Shown piece after piece: positions 17,879 through 27,517 of a DNA stretch of 64,000 nt. Source of the stretch: an uncultured bacterium (lineage in GTDB: Bacteria > Verrucomicrobiota > Verrucomicrobiia > Verrucomicrobiales > DEV007); the NCBI GenBank assembly GCA_963977015.1, contig CAXBMO010000031.1, positions 11,731 to 75,730 on the forward strand, written 5' to 3'. Both the position numbers and the translations under genes were made by a program. Position 1 is the first letter of the stretch; every line of letters starts with the position of its first letter. A model generated the notes under the pieces. That model saw only the letters and a list, made by a program, of their open reading frames with translations, did no database searches and had not been told where the DNA came from.

Positions 17879-17906
17879 ATTCTATTGCGGTGCGAGGCGG
17901 TGTCAA
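17879..17906 (-). promoter_or_regulatory. Sigma70-type promoter facing the cassette array (Pc-like)
   Basis: Minus strand TTGACA-N16-TAGAAT, about 150 bp upstream of the attI-like core. Confidence 0.6.
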
Positions 17907-18482
17907 GGGTTGGGAGTCGATCCTGGCTGAACTCGCCAAACTGGTGATCAACGGAACATTCCCGGAAATTATCCCTGCAGATTTGTCAAAATATCACAGA
18001 AACTGTGGTGAGAGGTGGGGTGACCCATACAAAATCCTCCTCCCCTCCCACCTCTCTCCTCCTCACCTAGATTTGGCGTAGGGCGCTGTGGGATTTCTCG
18101 CAACGGCGCTACGACCGCTACGGGGCGTGGGTTGAGAGATCAAGCCACGCGGAATGATGGCTTTGGAGGCGTCCGGACATTGGATGGACCGCGCCAGCCC
18201 AACGTTGGGGCTTCACGGGTTCGATGATTCCGCTTCAACCGAACGCAGCCTGTCAGATCAGGGCGCTCGAGGTACTGATTCCGCAATGGGTTTTGAGGGA
18301 AAGGCAGGGTTGAGCGACACCCCACCCCTGCGCTCGTTGTCAGTTCCGCAACCAACGCGAAAACGTGGACAATTTACGCAAAGTGTCAGGGCAGGTGTGG
18401 CGCTTATATTGGTAATGCTGAGAGATGGCTCCTGTCAGCCATCAACGGCAGAAAACCAAAACCTTCATATCCCCCCAATTTT

Positions 18483-18941
18483 ATGAAAACATCATTGACG
18501 TCATGGGATCCATTTCGTGATCTGGACACCTTTAGTGACCGCCTTTCACGCGCGATGGGAGGTCGAGCTTGGCCAGGCGACGGAGAAACGGCCCTGGCTC
18601 AGGCCGACTGGAATCCCGCCGCTGACATTACCGAGGACGAGCATGAATTCCTCGTAAAAGTGGACCTCCCCGAGGTGAAGAAAGACGAAGTAAAAGTAAT
18701 GGTGGAGAATGGTGTCTTGTCCATCTCCGGCGAGCGCAAGTTTGAGCACGAGGAGAAGGACGAGAAAAAGAAGGTGCACCGGATCGAGCGCAGCTACGGC
18801 TCCTACATGCGAAGCTTTCGACTGCCGGAGACGGTGGATGCAGAGGAGCTGAAGGCTGAGTTCAAGGAAGGTGTCCTTTCCGTCCATTTACCGAAGTGCG
18901 AGGAGACCAAGCCTCGTCAGATCGAGGTCAAAGTTCACTAG
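18483..18941 (+). CDS. Hsp20/alpha-crystallin small heat shock protein
   Basis: WDPFRDL, WNPAADITE, VDLPEV, RIERSYGSYMRSFRLP, AEFKEGVLSVHLPK. Confidence 0.92.
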   Translation: MKTSLTSWDPFRDLDTFSDRLSRAMGGRAWPGDGETALAQADWNPAADITEDEHEFLVKVDLPEVKKDEVKVMVENGVLSISGERKFEHEEKDEKKKVHRIERSYGSYMRSFRLPETVDAEELKAEFKEGVLSVHLPKCEETKPRQIEVKVH

Positions 18942-19123
18942 GCAGGCGTTTGAAATGATGACGGCCTCGCAAGTTGCTCCTCATTATCAAACGCGCCCTG
19001 GCAGGGCCGCAACCTTTGTTTAGTTGGATGATCCGCAATGGCTCCGGCTCGGTGGTGGGCCGGGCGCCATTGCGGTAGTCTTCTCCCCAAATTGGCCGCT
19101 TTCCGCTCCGCAAGCATTCGTCC

Positions 19124-20593
19124 TTATTGGGGATGGCCATCAAAAACGTCCAAAGCCCACGCATGATAGCGGGCCTGTAACGTTTCGACGATGCCGGGGT
19201 TCTCCGCAAAGTAGTCCTTCACCTCCGGGTTTTCGTCCGCCAAGTGATGCAGGGAGGTTTTCCTACCCTGTTTGATCAGCTTCCAGTCTCCTTCGCGCAC
19301 CGCCCATGCCTCCTTCCATTGAAAGTACAGGACCGGATGAGCCGTCGGAGCCTCGTCCGAGTCAATGACCGGCTGAAGGCTGCGCCCGTCGAGGCTGACC
19401 GCAGGCAGTTCGATTCCACACCATTCCAGGATGCTGGGAAACCAGTCCATGATCGTCACTGCCTGATCCCTGACGATTCCCTTGGGAAGCCTGGCCGGCC
19501 AACTGACGATCGCCGGAACCCGGACACCGCCCTCGAAAAACGTTCCCTTCGCGCCGATCCACTTGCCCGTATTCCCGCCTCCGCCATGGGCGCTGTAATA
19601 ATGGCCGGTCGGGTAGCCGCTCTTGTGATTGTCGAACCGGATTCCCTGGTTGTCTTCCGCCGAGTGCCCGTTGTCGCTTTGAAAGATCACGATGGTATTC
19701 TCCGTCAGATTCAACTCATCCAGCTTCTTCAGGATCATCCCCATATAATAGTCTGTCGTCGTTGTGATGGCGGCATAGGAACGGCGCGGCATTGGAAGGT
19801 GCTTGTATAGCTCGACATGCTCCGGCAGAGCCTGCTCCGGGTAATGGGGAATATTGTACCCAACATAGAGCAGAAACGGGTTCGCCTGGTTCTTTTCGAC
19901 AAACTGAAGCGCCCGATCGGTGATGAGCTCGGGAAAGTATTCGCCGTTTTTGAAAACCTCCGTGGTCCCTTCGTAGAGATCGTGGTAACCCCGGCCGTGG
20001 AGGAAGTAATGATTGTAGTTGTCGATGAAGCCGTTGCGAATCCCGAAGAACTCATCGAACCCCTGCTTCGTGGGGCCGGCATCGCGATGCGAACCGACAT
20101 GCCATTTGCCAAACAGCCCGGTCGCATATCCAGCCTCCCGGAGCGCCTCGGCAATCGTCACCTCCTCCAGCGCCATGTTGATTCCGTCCGCCCCCTTCAT
20201 GCTCCCCTGCGTCCACGAATTGACCCCGGAACGTTGCGGATGCCGGCCCGTCAGCAAAGCGGCCCGGGAGGGACAGCAGACGGTGTGGGCATACGCCTGC
20301 GTAAAACGCACGCCATCCCCGGCCATCCGGTCGATGTTCGGAGTCTTCAGGTCCAGAGAGCCGTAGCAATTGGCGTCGAGCGTGCCTTGGTCATCGGTGT
20401 AGAGAATCACGACATTGGGCTTTTTCCCGGTCGCTGCTTCAGCTTCCGCTTCCGCTTCAACCGACAAGCAGGTGAGCAGCAGGGCAGCAACCTTGAGCGC
20501 CACTTTATGGGGAGCGCTTGGCGAACCTAGGGTTTTGGAGGCCATCCCCCATTTCTTGAGGATCCCGTCTCGCAGGTCTAGTAGAAAAATCAC
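19124..20593 (-). CDS. Formylglycine-dependent (S1) sulfatase; true start probably slightly downstream
   Basis: KPNVVILYTDDQG, CCPSRAALLTGR, GKWHVG, SDNG. Confidence 0.88.
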   Translation of the reverse strand: MIFLLDLRDGILKKWGMASKTLGSPSAPHKVALKVAALLLTCLSVEAEAEAEAATGKKPNVVILYTDDQGTLDANCYGSLDLKTPNIDRMAGDGVRFTQAYAHTVCCPSRAALLTGRHPQRSGVNSWTQGSMKGADGINMALEEVTIAEALREAGYATGLFGKWHVGSHRDAGPTKQGFDEFFGIRNGFIDNYNHYFLHGRGYHDLYEGTTEVFKNGEYFPELITDRALQFVEKNQANPFLLYVGYNIPHYPEQALPEHVELYKHLPMPRRSYAAITTTTDYYMGMILKKLDELNLTENTIVIFQSDNGHSAEDNQGIRFDNHKSGYPTGHYYSAHGGGGNTGKWIGAKGTFFEGGVRVPAIVSWPARLPKGIVRDQAVTIMDWFPSILEWCGIELPAVSLDGRSLQPVIDSDEAPTAHPVLYFQWKEAWAVREGDWKLIKQGRKTSLHHLADENPEVKDYFAENPGIVETLQARYHAWALDVFDGHPQ

Positions 20594-20603
20594 GCCCCCT
20601 TGG

Positions 20604-20815
20604 TGGGGACGGAATTTCTGGGGAGTTTTGTTACGAACCTGGAGATGGGGGCGGAATTTCTGGCGAATTCCGCTACAACCTGGGGATGGGGACGGAATTT
20701 CTGGCGAATTCCGCTACGAACTTGGGATGGGGACGGAATTCTGGCGAGTTCCGCTACGAACTTGGGATGGGGACGGAATTCTGGCGAATTCCGCTACAAC
20801 CTGGGGGCGACGGAT
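20604..20815. repeat. Five tandem ~41-bp palindromic (REP-like) repeats
   Basis: Unit TGGGGACGGAATT(T)CTGGCGAATTCCGCTAC(G)AAC(C/T)TGGGA starting at 20604, 20646, 20687, 20728 and 20768. Confidence 0.85.
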
Positions 20816-20854
20816 TTGGTTTACGAATGGCTTGAGCTTGAGTAGAGATTCCTC

Positions 20855-21850
20855 ATGAAAGTCATCATTACTGGCGGCGGCGGATTTTTGGGGAACCAGC
20901 TGGGGCGCAAGCTCTTGGAACGGGGAACTCTTACCGGGCCGAGCGGGGATCAGGAGCCGATTGAGGAGCTGGTGCTCTTTGATGTGTTTATTCCCGATGA
21001 TCGCAGGGCGGGGCTGGATGGAGTGGCGAAGTTCGTGACGGGGGATATCTCGGATCGGGACATTGTGGCGGGGCTGCTGGACCGGAAGGATGTGAGCGTG
21101 TTTCATCTGGCATCGATGGTGAGCGGGGAGTGTGAGGTGGATTTTGATGCCGCGATGGAGGTGAACCTGGATGGCGGGCAGTTGCTGCTGGAGGGGCTGC
21201 GGAAACTGGAAGGCCAGCCGCGAATCGTGTTCGCGAGCAGTGTGGCGGCGTTTGGCGGGGCGTCGATGCCGGCGGTGGTCGGCGATACGACGAAGCGTTG
21301 CCCACAAACGACGTATGGAATGACGAAGGTGATCTGTGAGCTGTTGATCAACGATTACACGCGCAAGGGGTTTCTCGATGGGCGCGGGGCGAGGCTTCCC
21401 ACGGTGATCATCCGCCCGGGCAAGCCGAACACGGCGGCATCGAGCTTTGCGAGCGGGATGTTTCGCGAGCCGCTGGCGGGTGAGCCCTGCGAGTTGCCGG
21501 TGGGCCGGGATCAACGCATGCCGGTGATCGGGTATCGCACGGTTGTGGATTCGTTCATCGCGCTGCATGAGTTGGAGGGCGGGAAGTTGGATGACGATCG
21601 CATTTACACGCTGCCGAGCCATGATTTGACGGTGGCGGAGATGGTGAAGGTGCTGGAGAGCGAGGCAGCGCGGCTGAATCTGAAGCTGGGCCCGATTGTG
21701 GATGCGCCGGATCCCGTGATTCAGGCCATTGTGAAAACGTGGCCGGTGGCGACGGATGGGAGCCGGGGACTGGGCGTGGGGCTGCCCGAGGTGGAGCCGC
21801 TGGAGCAGATCATTCAGGGTTATCTGGAGGATTTTGGGACAGAGCGGTGA
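20855..21850 (+). CDS. denD: NAD-dependent epimerase/dehydratase, D-erythronate dehydrogenase-like
   Basis: ITGGGGFLG, VFHLASMVSGECEVDFD, YGMTK, RPGKPNTAASSFASGMFREPLAG. Confidence 0.78.
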   Translation: MKVIITGGGGFLGNQLGRKLLERGTLTGPSGDQEPIEELVLFDVFIPDDRRAGLDGVAKFVTGDISDRDIVAGLLDRKDVSVFHLASMVSGECEVDFDAAMEVNLDGGQLLLEGLRKLEGQPRIVFASSVAAFGGASMPAVVGDTTKRCPQTTYGMTKVICELLINDYTRKGFLDGRGARLPTVIIRPGKPNTAASSFASGMFREPLAGEPCELPVGRDQRMPVIGYRTVVDSFIALHELEGGKLDDDRIYTLPSHDLTVAEMVKVLESEAARLNLKLGPIVDAPDPVIQAIVKTWPVATDGSRGLGVGLPEVEPLEQIIQGYLEDFGTER

Positions 21851-21860
21851 GAGCCCGGTA

Positions 21861-22004
21861 TCCAAATCACAGATTCCAAATCCCAAACAAACTCCAACTT
21901 TCAAATTCCAAACCTCAGAACGGGTTCGGCGCATTGCTCAGGTTGGAACTTGTGATTTGGAATTTGGAAATTGTTTGGAATCTGGTGCTTGGGATTTGGA
22001 GTTT
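21861..22004. repeat. Inverted array of ~7-nt repeats forming a long imperfect hairpin
   Basis: Left arm TCCAAATCACAGATTCCAAATCCCAAACAA...; right arm ...TTGTTTGGAATCTGGTGCTTGGGATTTGGA. Confidence 0.7.
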
Positions 22005-22038
22005 GCGGTCCCCTTCATACCGTGGTTATTTCGATTCC

Positions 22039-22458
22039 ATGGAAACAACTCTCCAACAAGCTACTACGATCGACGAAAAAGCCCGTGAACTGTGCCAATT
22101 CGTGCTGGATGACGCCGGTTTCGCCTCTGCCCAGGGCCGCATTGAGCTGTTCATGGAAGATGAGGATGCGAAAAACGTTTATCGCGCGTGGCAGGAGAAG
22201 TCCCAGGAGTTGCATTCCAAGAGTCACCAGGGTCTGCAGCCGACCGAAGGCGATGTGGCCGAGATCGAGAGCCTGAAGTCTGCGGTGATGAGCAATTCCG
22301 TGGCGTTGGATTTTGTCGAGGCGGAGAACGAGATGAATGCGATTTTTGGCTCGGTGACGAAGTTGCTCCAGAAGACGCTGCAGCTCGGGCGCCTGCCGAC
22401 CGATGAGGACATGAAGGAAAGCGAATGCTGCAGCAGCGGTGGTTGCGGCTGCGGCTAG
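22039..22458 (+). CDS. YlbF/YmcA (Ric) family regulator
   Basis: Start METTLQQ; KARELCQFV and N.VALDFVEAE helical pattern; Cys-rich tail CCSSGGCGCG. Confidence 0.68.
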   Translation: METTLQQATTIDEKARELCQFVLDDAGFASAQGRIELFMEDEDAKNVYRAWQEKSQELHSKSHQGLQPTEGDVAEIESLKSAVMSNSVALDFVEAENEMNAIFGSVTKLLQKTLQLGRLPTDEDMKESECCSSGGCGCG

Positions 22459-22564
22459 AGCGAAGAAGCGAGCCGAGAGTCTCGCGATACGCGGCTGAGT
22501 CGTCAATTTTCGGGAAGATCCGGGTTGGGATCTGCGTGTATCCTAGCGCAGTAACCTCCTTGCC

Positions 22565-24124
22565 ATGACTTTCCGAATCCTCCTCTCCGCTCTCGCCCTA
22601 CTATTTGCCTCCAACGCGCTGGCTGATTGGCCACAATGGCGCGGCCCCACCCGAAACGGAGTGGCCACCAACGTGGACCTGCCGGAGACGTGGAGTGACG
22701 ACTTTAAACCGGCCGTTCTCTGGGAAAGCGAGGAGATTCCGTCCGACCACTATGGCGGCCACGGCAGCGTGTCGATTGCGGATGGAAAGGTCTTTATGAG
22801 CGTGGTTTGGCATCGCGATGAGCCGACGCCGACCCGGACGATCACGAGCCAGGTGATGAGCGACCTGGGCTATCGCGGCAACGACATGACCGAGGAGCAG
22901 ATTGCGAAGTTTGAGGAGGCGCGGCTCGGGATGAATCCGCGATTGCGCGGAAATGCGCTGACGGAGTGGGCCGGGAACTGGGCGGACGAGAATCTGGACG
23001 AGAAGCAGCTCCTGAAATACAAGGGCTGGGTGGTGAGCCGGTTTAAGCAGGGAAAAACGGCCATCCCGATGGCGGATTTCGCCCTGATGCAACCGGTGCT
23101 GAACAAGGAGTTCGCCGGCATTGACGAGTTGCGGGTCTGGGTGGAGGCCCAGGCGTGGAATGATCCCGCAACGGCGGAAAAGGTGCTGACGCAGGTGCCC
23201 AACACAAAGAAGGCGGCCAACAACGTGGTGATTTGCCTGAGCCTGGAGGAAGGCTCGACGCTTTGGAAGTTCGAGGTGCCGGGTGCGCCGACCGGCCGGA
23301 CGTCATCGAGCACCCCGGCCGTGGTGGATGGCACGGTTTATGCCGTTTTGAGCGATGGAGTGTTCGCCGTAAATGCGGAGACCGGCGAGCAGCGCTGGAA
23401 ATACGCGATGCCGAAGAAGCGGGCGATCGCGAGTTCGCCACTGGTCGCGGAAGGGCGTGTGCTGGTGCAGATTGGCCAGCTGGCAGCGCTGGATGCGGCG
23501 ACGGGCGAGCTGCTTTGGGAGTGTCGCGACGTTTCCTCGACCAACAGTTCTCCGGCGATCTGGAATGATGTGGTGATCTGCAATGCGGGTCGCGAACTGA
23601 TTGGGGTTGATCTGGAAAGTGGCGAGGTGCAGTGGCGCCATCCGGCGGGTGGCGATGCCACGCCCGTGATTTCCGGGGATCGCTGCATTGTCGCAAGCAA
23701 GGCCGACGGGCAAAGCCTGACCGGGTTCGCGCTATCGCCGGAAGGTGCGCGGCAAATCTGGGCCAAGGGGTTTCTCGCCCGCCGTTACGGCTCCAGCCCC
23801 ATCATTCACGATGGCCACGTTTACCATCTGGGGAGCGCGCGCCACATGTGCCTGGATTTGGAGACCGGGGAAACGCTGTGGGAGGTGGAACGTTCTTCGA
23901 ACCTTTCGTCACCACTCGTCGCGAACGACAAGCTGCTCGTTTACGAGAACAACGGCGGCTTTCTCGCCATGATCGGAGCGCAACCGAAGGAGCACCAGAT
24001 CCTGGGACGCGTCAAAGTGGGAGCGCTCGGTTGCACGACACCAGCGGTTGTCGGCTCCAAGGCGGTTCTCAGAACGCGGGACCGGGTGATTTGTTACGAC
24101 CTGAAGACTTCGAGCGCAGAGTAG
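22565..24124 (+). CDS. PQQ-binding-like beta-propeller protein
   Basis: Signal peptide then ADWPQWRGP; repeated SSP and D..TGE..W blades. Confidence 0.85.
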   Translation: MTFRILLSALALLFASNALADWPQWRGPTRNGVATNVDLPETWSDDFKPAVLWESEEIPSDHYGGHGSVSIADGKVFMSVVWHRDEPTPTRTITSQVMSDLGYRGNDMTEEQIAKFEEARLGMNPRLRGNALTEWAGNWADENLDEKQLLKYKGWVVSRFKQGKTAIPMADFALMQPVLNKEFAGIDELRVWVEAQAWNDPATAEKVLTQVPNTKKAANNVVICLSLEEGSTLWKFEVPGAPTGRTSSSTPAVVDGTVYAVLSDGVFAVNAETGEQRWKYAMPKKRAIASSPLVAEGRVLVQIGQLAALDAATGELLWECRDVSSTNSSPAIWNDVVICNAGRELIGVDLESGEVQWRHPAGGDATPVISGDRCIVASKADGQSLTGFALSPEGARQIWAKGFLARRYGSSPIIHDGHVYHLGSARHMCLDLETGETLWEVERSSNLSSPLVANDKLLVYENNGGFLAMIGAQPKEHQILGRVKVGALGCTTPAVVGSKAVLRTRDRVICYDLKTSSAE

Positions 24125-24152
24125 TTCGGTCCACTCTCGCCGGCTTCCGGGA

Positions 24153-25112
24153 TCAGGGCTCCGTCACCGGATTTCCGGACACCGGAGGCGCGACCTCTGA
24201 AATGGGAGGATAGGTGACTGGCGCACTGGTCGCAGCCGGTTGACCGGGAGCGACCGGCGTTGCCCGGGGTGGATTGGGAACCTCCGGCATGTTGGTTTGA
24301 GGCGCGGGCTGATATTGGCCGGGAACGCCGACTGGCTGGCCTGTCGCATTTGGCTGGTAAGGCTGGAGATTCGGATTGGCGGCCGGTGCGGGCTGAGCCG
24401 CCCGGGCATTGGTATAGCGCATGAGCTTGTTGACCAATTGTTGCCCGGTCGCGGTCATCCTGGCGCGGTTTCCAAACAGAACTTCCTGCATGCTCAGCCC
24501 GTAGTAGGTGACGTTGTTCTTTTGTGCGGGAATGATCCCGCCTCCTTCGATCGCCACACCTGCAAACAGGCCGGCTTGATCGGAGTAAACCAGAATCGGA
24601 GTCTTGACGGCATCGACGGAAGCTTCTCCTCCCGCGGTGGCCGGTCCCGCGGTCGCGCGAACATCCACTCCAAACTTCAATCCGCTTTGCCGCAGCATGT
24701 TCATGCCCTCGTCCTGCATGATGAGATAGACCGTGTCCGCGTTTTGCGCGCCAATCTGCCAGCCATAGCTGCCTTCCGCATTCGCGACAAAGGCAGGAGG
24801 GCTCCAACGACCGGTCTGGGGATTTTTCACCATGGCGACGCCTCCCCCACCCTGGGCTCCGATGCCGATTCCGGCCTTGAACTGGTGGACGATGATGATT
24901 CCAATTGCGTTCGACAAAACCTGAGATGGAATCCGCGTTTCCGGATTCGCCTGAATCACATCCAAGCGTTCACCGGCTTTGATGATTTTCGTGTCGAGCT
25001 TTTCGGGAGACTTCTTGAACAACTGGGCGTTGGCAGGAACCGGGCTCAGAGCAATCGCGAGACTGAACGTCAATGCGGCGATTCCGGTGGCTCTTTGGAA
25101 TTGGGATTTCAT
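24153..25112 (-). CDS. Lipid-binding SYLF (Ysc84) domain protein with a Pro-rich tail
   Basis: KAGIGIGAQGGGGV, WSPPAF, GWQIGAQ, GLFAGVAIEG. Confidence 0.82.
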   Translation of the reverse strand: MKSQFQRATGIAALTFSLAIALSPVPANAQLFKKSPEKLDTKIIKAGERLDVIQANPETRIPSQVLSNAIGIIIVHQFKAGIGIGAQGGGGVAMVKNPQTGRWSPPAFVANAEGSYGWQIGAQNADTVYLIMQDEGMNMLRQSGLKFGVDVRATAGPATAGGEASVDAVKTPILVYSDQAGLFAGVAIEGGGIIPAQKNNVTYYGLSMQEVLFGNRARMTATGQQLVNKLMRYTNARAAQPAPAANPNLQPYQPNATGQPVGVPGQYQPAPQTNMPEVPNPPRATPVAPGQPAATSAPVTYPPISEVAPPVSGNPVTEP

Positions 25113-25186
25113 GGCTTTGTTACTGGGTCAGTAAGGTTAGACGGGGCGGGATGAACACCATTCGGACTCTAACTTACCCCCCAATT

Positions 25187-27073
25187 TCAAGGAGACGAAC
25201 GAATTTTTTCGTCAGTCACCCGAACCAACGCTTCACACCAGTGATCCACCTGGATGTCCCGGCTCAAGAGGCTTGCCGTCACGACGTGAACTCCTGGTTT
25301 CATGGCCGTGTCGAGCTTGAGATTCAACGTCGCGCTCCCCTCGTTTCGCCCTTTGATCGTAACCGCATCCCGCCCCACGACTTCCTCGCCCCGATGAAAC
25401 GTGACAAAGAACGTGCGATCCTGCTTGGAGTGATTCCGAATCCTGAGATCGAGGTAAACGGTTTCGCCACGTCGCGCTTCCGTCCCATAAGGATAAAACC
25501 AGGACCACTGCTCATCGACACCGTAGTCCACATGATCCCAGGGCAGCAGCTCCGCGAGAAGCCGGCGGCGTTCTCGATAGCGATCCTCCAACAAGTTCAA
25601 CTCCGGTTCGCTGAACCGAAAGCGATGCGGGATGTGCTGGTTCACCAGCCAGGTTGCGGGAGGCATGGATCGCACGACCTCCAGACAATGGAGATAGCCG
25701 GTGTCGTCCCCCATCAAGTTGCGGTTCATCAGACAGTAGTCATCAATGCCGGAGGGCGAAAAGGAGTCGCCAATAAAGAACACCGGATCCTCGCCCGGCT
25801 TCCCGACCAGGAGCGCTCCATGGTTATACATCTGCCCGGGGAAGAAGAACCCGGTTAGCTCGAACTCCTTCCAACTCCACTTCTCGTTTTCCTTGATCAC
25901 GTGCACCTGCTCAACCGCGTTCGGCGAGACTCCCGGCAGGAACCAGTTTCCCGGATTGACGAGGACGTCCGCCACTTCCGACGTGGCATAAACCGGGCAG
26001 CCGAACTGCTTTTGCGCATCTCTGACAAAGGCCGAATGATCGTTGTGAGGATGCGTCACCCAAATGCCATCGATCGACGATACCAGCCCTTCCTCCACCA
26101 AACGGCTCAACTCGGACAGCGCCTTCTTCCCGCCGACATCCAGGACGAAACCGCTCTTATCTTCCGATACCAGGAGCTTGGTTGTTCCCAGATGATGACA
26201 CCAATCCGGGAGCTCAATATGTTCCGCAAACGGCATCAACTCGACCTTGGCCTTCTCCCCCAGCACCCGGCGACCTGCGATCGTGAGTCTCTCTTCTCCA
26301 AAGTACCAGTTCAGAGCGTTGGTCGACAGATAGTTCTGATAAACGGCCCGCGCCTGCTCGATCGCAAGATGCAGATCCACCAACGGCTTCGTCAGGACCG
26401 GCCCTCGCAACGGAATGATGAGATCCGGCTTCAGGTTGGCGATTTTGCGAAGGCTGGCAATCCACGGCGCCAACCTTCCACCATAACCATGATACGAACC
26501 AATTTTGGCTTCGGGAATGGCATCCTGGAAACTGTAGAGATCAAAGACCTTCCCGCCTTCCCAGATCAGGTCCCCGCTGAAAACGATTCGCTTGCCATCC
26601 ACATCGACAACATACGCGACCATGTCGCGGGTATAGCCGGGAACGCCGATGACCTTGATTTCCAGGCCTTGCCACTTGATCACAGCTCTGTCTTCGACAC
26701 CGCGCCCGACCCGCAGCGGCAAAACGGGAAGCTTCGTGACCTGTTGGCCATAGTAGTTGAAACGGCTCTCCCACCAATCCTCCCAATGCGTTGCCGGTTG
26801 AGTCAACAATCCGCTTGAGCTCTTGGGGCTTACCACCTTGGTTTGCGCATTTCCGGCGAACATGGCCAGGTCACGCCGCACGTGGGTCATCAGCACCATG
26901 TCCGCGTCGCAGGCATCGCGAGCGCCATAAACCTGAATCGTTTTCCCGTTCCGCTCCAGCGTTGCCGCATTCAGGGCGCCGAACTCAACCTTGAGCCCCT
27001 TGGGAAGATCCTGAGCGAGGCAGAACGTAAAACCTGCGGCCCACAAACAGAGAACGAAGCGGAGTTTTCTCAT
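25187..27073 (-). CDS. Tandem MBL-fold metallo-hydrolase
   Basis: Signal peptide; degenerate THVRRD in the first domain and THPHNDH in the second. Confidence 0.72.
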   Translation of the reverse strand: MRKLRFVLCLWAAGFTFCLAQDLPKGLKVEFGALNAATLERNGKTIQVYGARDACDADMVLMTHVRRDLAMFAGNAQTKVVSPKSSSGLLTQPATHWEDWWESRFNYYGQQVTKLPVLPLRVGRGVEDRAVIKWQGLEIKVIGVPGYTRDMVAYVVDVDGKRIVFSGDLIWEGGKVFDLYSFQDAIPEAKIGSYHGYGGRLAPWIASLRKIANLKPDLIIPLRGPVLTKPLVDLHLAIEQARAVYQNYLSTNALNWYFGEERLTIAGRRVLGEKAKVELMPFAEHIELPDWCHHLGTTKLLVSEDKSGFVLDVGGKKALSELSRLVEEGLVSSIDGIWVTHPHNDHSAFVRDAQKQFGCPVYATSEVADVLVNPGNWFLPGVSPNAVEQVHVIKENEKWSWKEFELTGFFFPGQMYNHGALLVGKPGEDPVFFIGDSFSPSGIDDYCLMNRNLMGDDTGYLHCLEVVRSMPPATWLVNQHIPHRFRFSEPELNLLEDRYRERRRLLAELLPWDHVDYGVDEQWSWFYPYGTEARRGETVYLDLRIRNHSKQDRTFFVTFHRGEEVVGRDAVTIKGRNEGSATLNLKLDTAMKPGVHVVTASLLSRDIQVDHWCEALVRVTDEKIRSSP

Positions 27074-27094
27074 TCGGAAAACCTAGCGGCTCCA

Positions 27095-27517
27095 TCAGCG
27101 CAACTGCAACTCAAACTCGTCGCCCGGAGGCAAATCCCTCGTTTTGGGGAACGAACCGGGGCGCGTCACAACCAATAACAAGCGTTTCGCTGAATCTGAC
27201 AGAAGGCGAAACCCCAAGGATTCGACCTGCGGTGAAAACGCAAAACTCGCGCTCAGATATCCATCGGGAAGCTCAGTCCCGGTCCGATCGACGACCGGTT
27301 CAGCATCCAACGGGTTGTTGCCGATGCGAATCGCAAAATTCTTCTCGAGGTAGGCATCGATTCCCGACCCGGCGAGGTCCGTTTCATGAATCAACACCTC
27401 CACCCATCCGCTCCCTTCCGCTTCGATCCTTACCTCGATGCGATGATAGAGCTCGAAATGTGCATCAGCCTGGAAGCACACAACGAGAAAGGCGAAGACG
27501 GGTAGAATCGGCTTCAC
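27095..27517 (-). CDS. Hypothetical secreted protein
   Basis: Probable GTG start with signal-like KPILPVFAFLVVCFQADAH; co-oriented with the MBL gene. Confidence 0.5.
   Translation of the reverse strand: MKPILPVFAFLVVCFQADAHFELYHRIEVRIEAEGSGWVEVLIHETDLAGSGIDAYLEKNFAIRIGNNPLDAEPVVDRTGTELPDGYLSASFAFSPQVESLGFRLLSDSAKRLLLVVTRPGSFPKTRDLPPGDEFELQLR

Noticed and set aside
18398-18414. Sigma54 promoter or CIRCE upstream of hsp20
   Set aside because: TGGCGC-N5-TTGGT lacks the conserved -12 GC, and no TTAGCACTC-N9-GAGTGCTAA is present.
17890-18480. Integron integrase gene or remnant
   Set aside because: No tyrosine-recombinase motifs in the short ORFs here. A fragment reading WRRALWDFSQRRYDRYGAWVER near 18073-18140 is only vaguely suggestive and would need TBLASTN support.
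20604-20815. CRISPR array
   Set aside because: Sequences between the palindromes are short and nearly identical rather than unique spacers, and no cas genes are in the window.
21739-22038. N-terminal extension of the YlbF-like ORF
   Set aside because: It overlaps denD and runs through the heptamer hairpin; ATG 22039 is the more plausible start.
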